Assembly: GCA_003514005.1 (NCBI GenBank) | Contig: DOSJ01000006.1 | Span: 2,281 to 66,280, forward strand | DNA: 64,000 bases | Origin: Candidatus Falkowbacteria bacterium | Lineage (GTDB): Bacteria > Patescibacteriota > Patescibacteriia > Patescibacteriales > UBA12075 | Reading direction: 5' to 3' | Shown here: positions 44,944-53,425 of the stretch, piece by piece | Layout of the letters: each line of letters starts with the position of its first letter | Position numbering within the stretch: the stretch's first letter is position 1 | Notes under the pieces: generated by a model | Told to the model about the DNA's origin: nothing | Databases searched by the model: none | What the model saw: the letters and a program-made list of their open reading frames with translations, nothing else | Program-made: the position numbers and the translations under genes

Positions 44944-46122
44944 ATGAAAAATTTTAATAATCGGATAATTGTAATAGCTATTTTGGCAACTGTTTTTGGA
45001 ACCTTGAGTGGGGTTGTCGGCACTATCATCACACGCGTTTATCTTTTGGAGGACATTTTTAATCTGCCACTACTTGGCGATATAAATCTGAGCGGGGGTA
45101 TTGATAATAATTCCGGCTTGATCATACGAAATGCCAAAAAAATCGTGATTGAACAAAACGACAAGGTTGACGAAACTGTCAATAATGTTAAAAGCGGGAT
45201 TATCGGTATCTATGAAAAAATCGATAAAATTAATGTTGACTCAAAAAAAACACCAGCCGCTTTTATTCCCAGCGATTACTACGATTCAAAAGGTGAAAAA
45301 GGACAAGGATTCATTGTTACAAGTGATGGCTGGGTCGTGTCAAATTTTATTCCCGATTCTTACAAAAACGAATCAGCCACCGGTACCAAGGAGGCGATAT
45401 TTAAAAAATATGTTGTCGTGTCCAGCGATAAAAAAATTCACCAAGTAAAAAATATTATCATTGACCCATTGGGTAAATACGCATTTTGGCAAATAGTCGC
45501 AAGCGATTTGCCGGTAAAAAGATTTGTGAATCAGGAAGACCTAAAAAACGGACAATTGATTGTCGCCACGAACTGGGACGGCGAGGTTTTGCTTTCCTCA
45601 ATTATTTCCAAGACTGAAAACGACAACGAGTTAATACGGTCAAGCGATAATTTTTTTGCCGTTATCGAGATTGCTGAAAAAAGTGGCAGTGATTTTTTGG
45701 AAGGATTTATTTTTAACTTAAATAGTGAAATTATCGGTGTAATTAATAGCGACGGTCAGGCGGAACTTGTATCCAATCTTATTCCCTGCATGAGCTGTAT
45801 TTTCAAAACCGGAAAAATTGCTTATCCAAAATTCGGTGCTAATTACATTGATTTATCAAGAATGTTTGATTCCGAAAAAAATAACATTGGAAAAGGTGCA
45901 TTGATTTTTCCCAACAAAAGCGGAATAGCGGTTGTTAAGGGCGGATCTGCGGGCATAGCTGGACTTAAAGAAGGAGATATTATTCTCAAAATTAATAATA
46001 CTGAACTAAATTCAGATACCAGCTTGTCATCACAAATAAACAAATATCTTCCCGGCGACGAATTGACTGTTGAATATATTCGCGATAATAAAACCGCAAC
46101 TGTGAATGTAGTTTTAAAATAA
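44944..46122 (+). CDS. HtrA/DegP-like trypsin-fold + PDZ protein apparently lacking the catalytic triad
   Basis: N-terminal TM; GQGFIVTSDGWVVSNFIP where HtrA has GSGFI..G.I.TNxHV; SDFLEGFIFNLNSEIIGVIN where HtrA has GNSGGPL.N..GEVIGIN; C-terminal PDZ-like AGLKEGDIILKINNTEL...GDELTVEYIRDNK; the track start is a GTG at 44929, and I prefer the ATG at 44944. Confidence 0.6.
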   Translation: MKNFNNRIIVIAILATVFGTLSGVVGTIITRVYLLEDIFNLPLLGDINLSGGIDNNSGLIIRNAKKIVIEQNDKVDETVNNVKSGIIGIYEKIDKINVDSKKTPAAFIPSDYYDSKGEKGQGFIVTSDGWVVSNFIPDSYKNESATGTKEAIFKKYVVVSSDKKIHQVKNIIIDPLGKYAFWQIVASDLPVKRFVNQEDLKNGQLIVATNWDGEVLLSSIISKTENDNELIRSSDNFFAVIEIAEKSGSDFLEGFIFNLNSEIIGVINSDGQAELVSNLIPCMSCIFKTGKIAYPKFGANYIDLSRMFDSEKNNIGKGALIFPNKSGIAVVKGGSAGIAGLKEGDIILKINNTELNSDTSLSSQINKYLPGDELTVEYIRDNKTATVNVVLK

Positions 46123-46151
46123 GGTTCTACGATATTAAGTGTGATATTTTT

Positions 46152-46273
46152 TTGTCATTTCGTAGCGGAGCGGAGAAATCCCTTAAAGATGGAAATTTCG
46201 CTAACCATATTTATTCTAAATACAACGTATAAGGGATTCCTTCAGTCGCTATCGCTCCTTGCGGAATGACAAA
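46152..46273. mobile_element. Hairpin-module MITE-like element, copy F (divergent module type 4)
   Basis: TTGTCATTTCGTAGCGGAGCGGAGAAATCCC at the left, GGGATTCCTTCAGTCGCTATCGCTCCTTGCGGAATGACAAA at the right; same TGTCATT...AATGACA termini. Confidence 0.65.
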
Positions 46274-46361
46274 AGACAATCAATTGATTATCGCAATTAT
46301 TATACTAAACTAACAATTGACTTTAGGTTTTGCAATACTCTTATTATAGAGCCTAAAATAA

Positions 46362-46390
46362 TTGACCGAAATCAAGATTAAAGGTAAAAT
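46362..46390 (+). promoter_or_regulatory. Sigma-70-type promoter for lepA
   Basis: TTGACC (46362-46367), 17-nt spacer, TAAAAT (46385-46390). Confidence 0.55.
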
Positions 46391-46415
46391 AATATATATA
46401 AATTTAGATAAACTC

Positions 46416-46448
46416 GAAGCTTAGCTAGCTTATTGATAGCTAAGCTTC
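46416..46448 (+). promoter_or_regulatory. Perfect 12-bp-stem hairpin in the lepA 5' leader
   Basis: GAAGCTTAGCTA (46416-46427) pairs with TAGCTAAGCTTC (46437-46448), 9-nt loop; ends 9 nt before the lepA ATG. Confidence 0.5.
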
Positions 46449-46457
46449 TTTAAAAGA

Positions 46458-48242
46458 ATGGCTAATATTAGAAATTTCTGCATAATTGCACATATTGATC
46501 ACGGAAAATCAACTTTGGCTGACCGCATGCTGGAATTAACCGGTACTATTGATAAGCGAAAAATGAAAAATCAAATATTGGATCAGATGGATATCGAACG
46601 AGAACGGGGGATAACCATCAAACTCCAGCCGGTTACAATGGATTTTAAAGGCTACACCTTGAATCTAATAGATACACCCGGCCATGTTGATTTTAATTAT
46701 GAGGTCTCGCGAAGCCTGGCCGCGGTTGAGGGTGCAGTGCTATTAGTTGACGCCACACAGGGAATACAGGCACAAACTTTGGCAAATCTTTATTTGGCAA
46801 TTGAACAAAATCTAACCATTATTCCAGTGGCAAACAAAGTTGATTTGCCTGCCGCAGACAAGGAAAAAACCAAACGGGAAATAATAGAACTTTTGGGTTG
46901 CAAAGAAGATGAGATAATCTTTGCTTCCGGAAAAACCGGGGAAGGAGTCGAAAACATTTTGCAAGCCGTAATTGAAAAAGTTCCAGCGCCTTTAATTGCC
47001 GAAAAAGATGAAAAAGCCAGAGCATTGATATTTGATTCCAACTATGATGAATACAAGGGCGTGGTCGCCTATATCCGCGTTATGGAAGGCGCGATAAAAA
47101 AAGGCGACAGAATAAAATTACTTGCTACAGGCGCGACCAGCGAGGCATTGGATGTTGGAATATTCAAGCCAGCCTATCTTTCCACCAATGAGCTTGAAAA
47201 AGGCAAGATCGGCTATATCATAACCGGATTCAAGGACGTAAGTGAATGCCGTGTTGGCGATACAGTTGTTTTGGAAAAGAATTCTGATCAATTAAAGCCA
47301 CTCAAGGGCTATACCGAAGTAAAGCCTATGGTTTTTGCCGGCGTATTTCCCAAAGAAGGTAATGAATACCAAGAACTGCGCGAAGCCATCAACCGCCTCA
47401 AGCTTAACGATGCCGCCTTGATATACGAGCCGGAGCATTCACATGCCCTTGGCTTTGGTTTTCGTTGTGGTTTCCTTGGGATATTGCATTTAGAGATTTT
47501 TCAAGAAAGGCTAAGGCGTGAATTCAATATCGAATTAATCGTTACATTACCGAGCGTAGCTTATCAAGTTTATCTCAAGAACGGCGAAAGCTTTATCATG
47601 CGCACGCCCCAGCAATTTCCGGAAAGAGAAAAGATCGAAATGATCGAAGAGCCTTGGGTGATACTGGATATTATTACTCCAAAAGAATTTGTTGGAAATA
47701 TTATGAATCTTGCCCAAGAAAAAAGAGGGATTTATAAAAACACGGAATACATAGACGAATCGCGCGCGATTTTGCATTATGAAATACCGATGAGCACAAT
47801 TCTAACCGATTTTTATGACAAGATAAAAAGCGTCAGCTCCGGCTATGCTTCTATCAACTATGAATTCTCCGGCTACAAAGAGGCACAGGTGATAAAAATG
47901 GATATTCTGGTTGCTGAAGAAATAGTAGAGGCATTATCCACAATCGTATACGAAGACGATGCTCATCGCCGCGGAAAAGAAATCGTAACAATCCTAAAAG
48001 ACAGCATGCCAAAACAAATGTTTGTGCTCAAGCTTCAAGCAACCATCGGCGGCAAAATCATTGCGAGCGAAAAAGTTTCCGCGATGCGCAAGGACGTAAC
48101 CGCCAAGCTCTACGGCGGAGATGTTACGCGCAAACGAAAATTATTAGAAAAACAAAAAAAGGGAAAAAAGAAAATGATGGCGGCCGGCAAAGGCAGTGTT
48201 GATATCCCCAGTGATACTTTTGTTAAATTATTAAAAAAATAA
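46458..48242 (+). CDS. lepA: Translation elongation factor 4 (LepA)
   Basis: 594 aa; IRNFCIIAHIDHGKSTLADR, DTPGHVDF, NKVD; LepA-specific C-terminal domain with a basic tail. Confidence 0.96.
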   Translation: MANIRNFCIIAHIDHGKSTLADRMLELTGTIDKRKMKNQILDQMDIERERGITIKLQPVTMDFKGYTLNLIDTPGHVDFNYEVSRSLAAVEGAVLLVDATQGIQAQTLANLYLAIEQNLTIIPVANKVDLPAADKEKTKREIIELLGCKEDEIIFASGKTGEGVENILQAVIEKVPAPLIAEKDEKARALIFDSNYDEYKGVVAYIRVMEGAIKKGDRIKLLATGATSEALDVGIFKPAYLSTNELEKGKIGYIITGFKDVSECRVGDTVVLEKNSDQLKPLKGYTEVKPMVFAGVFPKEGNEYQELREAINRLKLNDAALIYEPEHSHALGFGFRCGFLGILHLEIFQERLRREFNIELIVTLPSVAYQVYLKNGESFIMRTPQQFPEREKIEMIEEPWVILDIITPKEFVGNIMNLAQEKRGIYKNTEYIDESRAILHYEIPMSTILTDFYDKIKSVSSGYASINYEFSGYKEAQVIKMDILVAEEIVEALSTIVYEDDAHRRGKEIVTILKDSMPKQMFVLKLQATIGGKIIASEKVSAMRKDVTAKLYGGDVTRKRKLLEKQKKGKKKMMAAGKGSVDIPSDTFVKLLKK

Positions 48243-48244
48243 GT

Positions 48245-48343
48245 ATGAAAAAAAAATTAGTAATCAAAATCGTCTGGACAGCTCTTAGCGTCATGATCAT
48301 CTTTACTATGGTTCTATGGATGATTGGAGCGGCATTCATGTAA
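48245..48343 (+). CDS. Micro-ORF encoding a 32-aa single-TM peptide (MKKKLVIKIVWTALSVMIIFTMVLWMIGAAFM)
   Basis: Own translation; the ATG starts 2 nt after the lepA stop; Lys-rich N-terminus plus one hydrophobic helix; not in the ORF track (too short). Confidence 0.35.
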   Translation: MKKKLVIKIVWTALSVMIIFTMVLWMIGAAFM

Positions 48344-48354
48344 AACAAGATAAA

Positions 48355-48453
48355 TCGTATTTCTTCGTTAATTTCGTATTTTTTCGTTTTTTTCGTGTCT
48401 TTGTTAAAAACAGAGACACTAAAAAAACGAAAATATACGAATAAAACGAAAAT
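48355..48453. repeat. ACGAA-phased long hairpin element, full copy 3
   Basis: Left arm CGTATTTCTTCGTTAATTTCGTATTTTTTCGTTTTTTTCGTGTCT, right arm AGACACTAAAAAAACGAAAATATACGAATAAAACGAAAAT; begins 12 nt after the micro-ORF stop. Confidence 0.7.
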
Positions 48454-48478
48454 AGCTAACTCTCATAAAATTCAAATA

Positions 48479-50242
48479 ATGCATAGAGATGAAAAAAAAT
48501 GGCAAATATTGCCTGAAATAACACCTGAATTGATATTGGGGTATCCGGAATATTCAAAATTGGTTTTACAACTTTTGTTTAATCGCAACATCCTGGATAA
48601 AGACAAGATAAAAGAATTTTTGGAAGGAAGCTTTGAAAAAGGCTTGCATGATCCTTTTTTATTTTCTTCCATGGATGATGCCGTAAGCTTGATCATCAAA
48701 CATATCAAAAATGGCAACAAGATTACGATTTACGGCGATTACGATGCTGACGGCGTAACTTCATCCGCTATTTTGGTCGAGCTTTTGCGGATATTCAAGG
48801 CCGATGTCGGCGTATATATTCCTCACCGCATTAACGAGGGTTACGGCGTTAATAAAAGCGCGATTGATTTTATTATTGAAAATGGCACAAAACTTATCAT
48901 CACTGTTGATAACGGCATAAGGAGCAAAGCGGAAGTCGAATACGCGAAAGAAAAAGGCATGGATGTAATCGTTACCGATCACCATGTTCCGCCAAATGAG
49001 CTTAGCGATTACCCGGATTGTCTCATCATAAACCCGAGCATGCCTGCGGAAAAATATCCTGACAAAAACTTATCTGGCGCCGGAGTTGCTTTTAAATTGG
49101 CGAGTGCTTTGGTAGTTCGTTCGACTTTGGACGAAAAACAAAAACAAGCGCTAATTCGGCAAATGCTGGATATTGCCGCGATTGGCACAGTTGCCGACTG
49201 CGTGAGCCTAGTCGGTGAAAATCGCATAATCGTTAAAGAGGGCTTGTCTGCATTGGACAAGACTAAGCGTCTGGGGCTTTTGGAGCTTTTTAAAGTCGCG
49301 AAAATCAATCTGGAAAAAAACATGGATTCTTGGAATATCGGGTTTCAGATTGCGCCACGTTTAAACGCCGCGGGAAGAATGGACCATGCCAATACCTCGT
49401 ACCAGCTTTTGGTAACCAAAAACGAAATTGAAGCCAAGTGGCTGGCCGAAGAACTGAATGGCAGTAATCAGCGCCGACAAGCGAATACCGAAGAAATTTT
49501 CGAAGAGGTTTTACTTCAAGTTGATCCGGAAAAAGACGTGATGCTGGTCGGTATTTACAATTTTAAAAATAATAAAGCCAAAGAAGAAGCGGTTTGGAAC
49601 GAAGGCGTAATCGGGCTTGTTGCCGGAAGAATTTCCAATAAACATTACCGTCCCTGCCTTGTAATAACCGAAACCGATGAAGGCTACAAAGGTTCAGGAC
49701 GGAGCATTCCCGGCTTCAATCTTATCAAAGCGATTGAAAAATGTTCGAATCTGTTGGAAAAATACGGTGGCCATCCGGCAGCTTGCGGATTCAGTTTGAA
49801 AAATAAAAATATCGGCAAATTTATCGAGAGAATTAAATCAATTACCAAGACCGAATTGGCGTCGGAAAATTTACAACCTTTGATTCGAATCGAGTCTGTT
49901 CTGCGCTTAAAAGAAGCGGATTCTGATTTACTTGCGGAAGTAAAAAGGTTTGAGCCGTTCGGCCAAGCAAATGATAAGCCGATATTCGCGAGCTATAAAG
50001 TTCAGATTATCGATATTATGCCAATGGGTTTTGACGGCCAGCATGTCAAACTAAAATTAAAACAGGATGACTCCGGATTAATCAATGCCCTTGGTTTTGG
50101 GCAAGCGGACAGGTGGAAAGATTTGCGGATCCATCATAACATAGATATTGCCTACCACCTTGAATTGAATACATTCAATGGCCGAACGGAAACACAGTTA
50201 AAAATAATCGATATAAAAATTAATGATGTTAGAAAAAGTTAA
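48479..50242 (+). CDS. recJ: Single-stranded-DNA-specific exonuclease RecJ
   Basis: DHH motifs IYGDYDADGVTS, TVDNG, VTDHH; DHHA1 GGHPAACG; I prefer the ATG at 48479 because the track start (GTG 48395) translates the repeat element. Confidence 0.92.
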   Translation: MHRDEKKWQILPEITPELILGYPEYSKLVLQLLFNRNILDKDKIKEFLEGSFEKGLHDPFLFSSMDDAVSLIIKHIKNGNKITIYGDYDADGVTSSAILVELLRIFKADVGVYIPHRINEGYGVNKSAIDFIIENGTKLIITVDNGIRSKAEVEYAKEKGMDVIVTDHHVPPNELSDYPDCLIINPSMPAEKYPDKNLSGAGVAFKLASALVVRSTLDEKQKQALIRQMLDIAAIGTVADCVSLVGENRIIVKEGLSALDKTKRLGLLELFKVAKINLEKNMDSWNIGFQIAPRLNAAGRMDHANTSYQLLVTKNEIEAKWLAEELNGSNQRRQANTEEIFEEVLLQVDPEKDVMLVGIYNFKNNKAKEEAVWNEGVIGLVAGRISNKHYRPCLVITETDEGYKGSGRSIPGFNLIKAIEKCSNLLEKYGGHPAACGFSLKNKNIGKFIERIKSITKTELASENLQPLIRIESVLRLKEADSDLLAEVKRFEPFGQANDKPIFASYKVQIIDIMPMGFDGQHVKLKLKQDDSGLINALGFGQADRWKDLRIHHNIDIAYHLELNTFNGRTETQLKIIDIKINDVRKS

Positions 50243-50633
50243 AATTTTTACCGATGGCGGCGCTCGTGGCAATCCCGGTCCATCCGGAATCGGCGTTGTT
50301 GTTTATGATACAAACGATAATATCTTGAAACAAAAATCGGAATTTATCGGCAAAGCAACCAATAACCAGGCGGAGTATCGCGCGGTGATAGCGGCTTTTG
50401 AGTTGCTTGACCCCAAAACAACCAGAGAGATAGATTTTTATCTGGACAGCGAACTAGTGGTTAAGCAATTAAAAGGGGAGTATCGGGTAAAAAATGCCGA
50501 TTTAGCGCCGCTTTTCGTCAAAGTGCATAACCAGATTATACTTTATAAAAAAGTAACATTCAGACATATTCGCCGCGAGATGAATAAGGAAGCGGATCGG
50601 TTGGCAAATATTGCTATGGATGCCGGCAAATAA
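50223..50633 (+). CDS. rnhA: Ribonuclease HI family protein
   Basis: 136 aa; IFTDGGARGNPGPSGIG, NNQAEYRAVIAA, DSELVVKQL, NKEADRLAN (DEDD pattern). Confidence 0.88.
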   Translation: MMLEKVKIFTDGGARGNPGPSGIGVVVYDTNDNILKQKSEFIGKATNNQAEYRAVIAAFELLDPKTTREIDFYLDSELVVKQLKGEYRVKNADLAPLFVKVHNQIILYKKVTFRHIRREMNKEADRLANIAMDAGK

Positions 50634-50665
50634 ATTAGCCGCGTATGTTTTTTTAAAAAAATAAA

Positions 50666-50687
50666 AATTGCTTATCATTAAGCAATT
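50666..50687 (-). terminator. Terminator hairpin downstream of def
   Basis: AATTGCTTA-TCAT-TAAGCAATT; on the minus strand it is followed by TTTTTATTTTTTT. Confidence 0.55.
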
Positions 50688-50706
50688 CTAAAAAATATAA
50701 ATCTAC

Positions 50707-51168
50707 TTATTTTATTTTTTTCGCTTTGTCTATAAACAAGATTCCATCCAGATGGTCAATCTCATGCTGAAAAACGCGCGCCATTAAACCGCTCACTTCA
50801 ATGCTTTGCGGAGCACCTTCTTTGTCTGTATAATTACAAATAATCGTTTTACTTCTTTTTACCTGGCCAAAAACGCCAGGCACGGATAAACAACCTTCTT
50901 CACCCCATTCTTTTGTCCAGGAAAATTTCACAATTTCTGGATTAAAAATATGGAGGGGACCGCTTTTTGTATTAACGACTGCTAGACGGATATTTTTTCC
51001 GATTTGAGGCGCGGCTAAACCAACTCCGTCTTTTTCCAACATAGTCAAAGTCATATCTTCGCAAAGTTTCTTCATTTCCAACTTTAAAATATCCGTTTTT
51101 TTAATAACAACGGATTTTTCACGCAAAATCTCATTCGGATGAGTAATAATATTTAATAATTTCGGCAT
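50707..51168 (-). CDS. def: Peptide deformylase
   Basis: 153 aa; GVGLAAPQIG, EGCLSVPG, HEIDHLDG. Confidence 0.95.
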   Translation of the reverse strand: MPKLLNIITHPNEILREKSVVIKKTDILKLEMKKLCEDMTLTMLEKDGVGLAAPQIGKNIRLAVVNTKSGPLHIFNPEIVKFSWTKEWGEEGCLSVPGVFGQVKRSKTIICNYTDKEGAPQSIEVSGLMARVFQHEIDHLDGILFIDKAKKIK

Positions 51169-51307
51169 ATTCGTCTAATCAATACATTTGTCATATTAAC
51201 GCATATTTACAAAAAAATCAAGAATCGAAATTGTATATTTAAAAATCAATAATAATTTGCTATAATATAAATATCAATAATATAGCGTATAGCCACGCAT
51301 GTAAAAT

Positions 51308-52324
51308 ATGGAAGAAAAAATTCAAATTCTTTGGCAATCTTTAAAAGAAAAAGGCGCAACCAATAGCGAGTTTTGCGAACTTATCAAAAATATTCCAGAA
51401 TTAAGGGAAGAAGCTTGGCAGGAATTGAAAAAGAAAAATCCAAGTAACAATGACTTGCGTTTTCTAATAGAGCATGTGCCATCAATGCTTACCGTATTAT
51501 GGACCGAACTTAAGAAACGCAATATCTCGAATTATGAGCTCAAAAATATTATAGAATATGTTGAACCTCTGCGCAAAGAAGCTTGGAAATTATTACAAAA
51601 ACAAAAGCCAACGAATTTTGAACTTAGGGATATTGCCCGCTATGTTGATGTTTTACGTCATGACGCTTGGAAAATATTGCGCAAAAATAACCCAAGTGAA
51701 AATGATCTGCTATATATCATAAAATTTGTTGAATCCTTGCGCCATGATGCTTGGAAATCTCTTTCAAAAATCAAACCAGACATATCCAGCTTGATTTACA
51801 TCATGAAATACGTTCCGGAATTACGGAAAGATGCTTGGCTTATGGTAATAAAATTAAAAAAATCCAGTGAGGTTGTCGCAAAAGTTATCAAAGAAGTTCC
51901 AGAGCTTCGCGAAGAAGCCTGGAATAGATTAATCAAGCAAGATCCTGATACTGATAATTTATGCATGATCATGAAAAATGTTCCCGAGCTCCGCGAAGAA
52001 GCTTGGAAAAAACTTTGCGACCGAGGGTGCATGAATGTAGATCTGCGATTTATAATCAAAAACATCGAGGAGTTGCGCGATGTTGCCTGGAAAAAATTGC
52101 TTGAGCAAGGCGCAAGCAATGATGATTACTGTTTTATCATCAAAGACGTAAAAGGCTTGCGAGTCCAAGCCTGGGAAAGATTTATAAAAAACAATCCAAC
52201 TAATGAAGAGATTGATTTCATAATAAAATATATACCCACCATGAAAGAATACGCGCAAAAATTCAAAAATGAGGACAAAAATTCAATCTTAAAAGAAATT
52301 ATAAAAAATTATGGACAACAATGA
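51308..52324 (+). CDS. Tandem-repeat protein: ten in-phase 28-residue helical repeats
   Basis: Residues 25-304 (nt 51380-52219) parse into ten exact 28-aa units, consensus xIIKxVPELREEAWKxLxKxNPxxxDLxF, with an invariant Trp in each unit. Confidence 0.75.
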   Translation: MEEKIQILWQSLKEKGATNSEFCELIKNIPELREEAWQELKKKNPSNNDLRFLIEHVPSMLTVLWTELKKRNISNYELKNIIEYVEPLRKEAWKLLQKQKPTNFELRDIARYVDVLRHDAWKILRKNNPSENDLLYIIKFVESLRHDAWKSLSKIKPDISSLIYIMKYVPELRKDAWLMVIKLKKSSEVVAKVIKEVPELREEAWNRLIKQDPDTDNLCMIMKNVPELREEAWKKLCDRGCMNVDLRFIIKNIEELRDVAWKKLLEQGASNDDYCFIIKDVKGLRVQAWERFIKNNPTNEEIDFIIKYIPTMKEYAQKFKNEDKNSILKEIIKNYGQQ

Positions 52325-52580
52325 CAGCTTTAAAAAAATCGGCGATCTGTTCAGCACTAAAATAATAAAAAAAGCTCCTGCCTATCAATGGCAAGAGTTG
52401 GCTTTAAGAATAATTAAAGATTTAAATATACCTGATACTAAAAAAAGTTCAGTATTCAAGGCATGCCGGGAAAATCCGAAAAACTTTGTTGAACAATGCC
52501 TGAACGATACAAAAGAGCTTTGTAAAACCGGAGAAAAATGGAAATATTTTTTTAAGATTATTAATCAGCCTAAAGTATAA
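52311..52580 (+). CDS. Hypothetical small protein, overlap-coupled to the repeat protein
   Basis: 89-aa ORF overlapping the upstream stop by 14 nt. Confidence 0.5.
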   Translation: MDNNDSFKKIGDLFSTKIIKKAPAYQWQELALRIIKDLNIPDTKKSSVFKACRENPKNFVEQCLNDTKELCKTGEKWKYFFKIINQPKV

Positions 52581-52618
52581 ACACAAAAGTAACGAATAAT
52601 TACGAAAATCACGAAAAT
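52581..52618 (+). repeat. ACGAA-phased element, degenerate single arm (copy 4)
   Basis: ACACAAAAGTAACGAATAATTACGAAAATCACGAAAAT begins at the base after the stop codon. Confidence 0.5.
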
Positions 52619-52629
52619 TTTTAATATCT

Positions 52630-53421
52630 TTACATTATATTATAGTCCATTACTAAATAACCCACGCCGAATGGCGCTTCGTAGGACATGAGTTTTGGCT
52701 GGCAGTTAATATCATTAAAAATACCTGCCAAAACCATAAATGAACGCAGGCCGCATTCACCGACTTCGTTTAACAAGTTATTATCAATATTTATAATATC
52801 CTCTATTTTTCGTTCAAGTAGTAAAGTGCTAATTTTTTTATCAAACTTTTTCGCTTTTGGCGAATAACCGGCCGGTGCGTCTTTGCTTAAACGATGTGAC
52901 ATTTCGCCGGAAGCAATAATGGCGATATTTTTTTTGTCATTAATAATTTTCTTTTGCAGTTTTTTACCCAAATCAAAATGTTCTTGCAGGGACAGGGATG
53001 AACTGCTTAGCGGAATTATTTTAAGAATAGCCATCTGTTCGCTGAGCAATGTAAGTGGCACTGAAGTGCCATGATCAAGAAGCTCATTGCTTACAAGCTG
53101 CAATGGTGTATTCGCCTCCAAATCTTCTCTGATTTTATAAGCAAGACCAACATCAACCGGCCAATTTTTTTTTGTAGAAAAATCGCCAAAATCTTTAAAA
53201 TCCGAACTGGTTATCGGATTTAAATTAATAGTAAAAATATCCGGGTTGACCATGCTATGCGGGGAAATTATTAATATTGTATCAACTTTTTTCTCAATCA
53301 ATCGTTCGGTAACTTTTTTGTACGACAAAATAGTTGCCTTAAGCAAGTCTCGATTACTTTTTCCAATACTGGGAATAAGCAAAGGTGAGTGGGGGACAAT
53401 AGCACCAAAAACTAGAGACAT
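52630..53421 (-). CDS. Class III extradiol dioxygenase / Memo-superfamily (LigB-fold) protein
   Basis: 263 aa; N-terminus FGAIVPHSPLLIP, ILIISPHS, IIASGEMSHRL, CGLRSF; typical LigB/Memo-like metal-site pattern. Confidence 0.7.
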   Translation of the reverse strand: MSLVFGAIVPHSPLLIPSIGKSNRDLLKATILSYKKVTERLIEKKVDTILIISPHSMVNPDIFTINLNPITSSDFKDFGDFSTKKNWPVDVGLAYKIREDLEANTPLQLVSNELLDHGTSVPLTLLSEQMAILKIIPLSSSSLSLQEHFDLGKKLQKKIINDKKNIAIIASGEMSHRLSKDAPAGYSPKAKKFDKKISTLLLERKIEDIINIDNNLLNEVGECGLRSFMVLAGIFNDINCQPKLMSYEAPFGVGYLVMDYNIM

Positions 53422-53425
53422 ATTT

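Noticed and set aside
48395-48478. N-terminal 28 codons of the longest recJ ORF (GTG start)
   Set aside because: These codons translate the A-rich arm of the ACGAA hairpin element. The RecJ-like sequence starts at the ATG at 48479.
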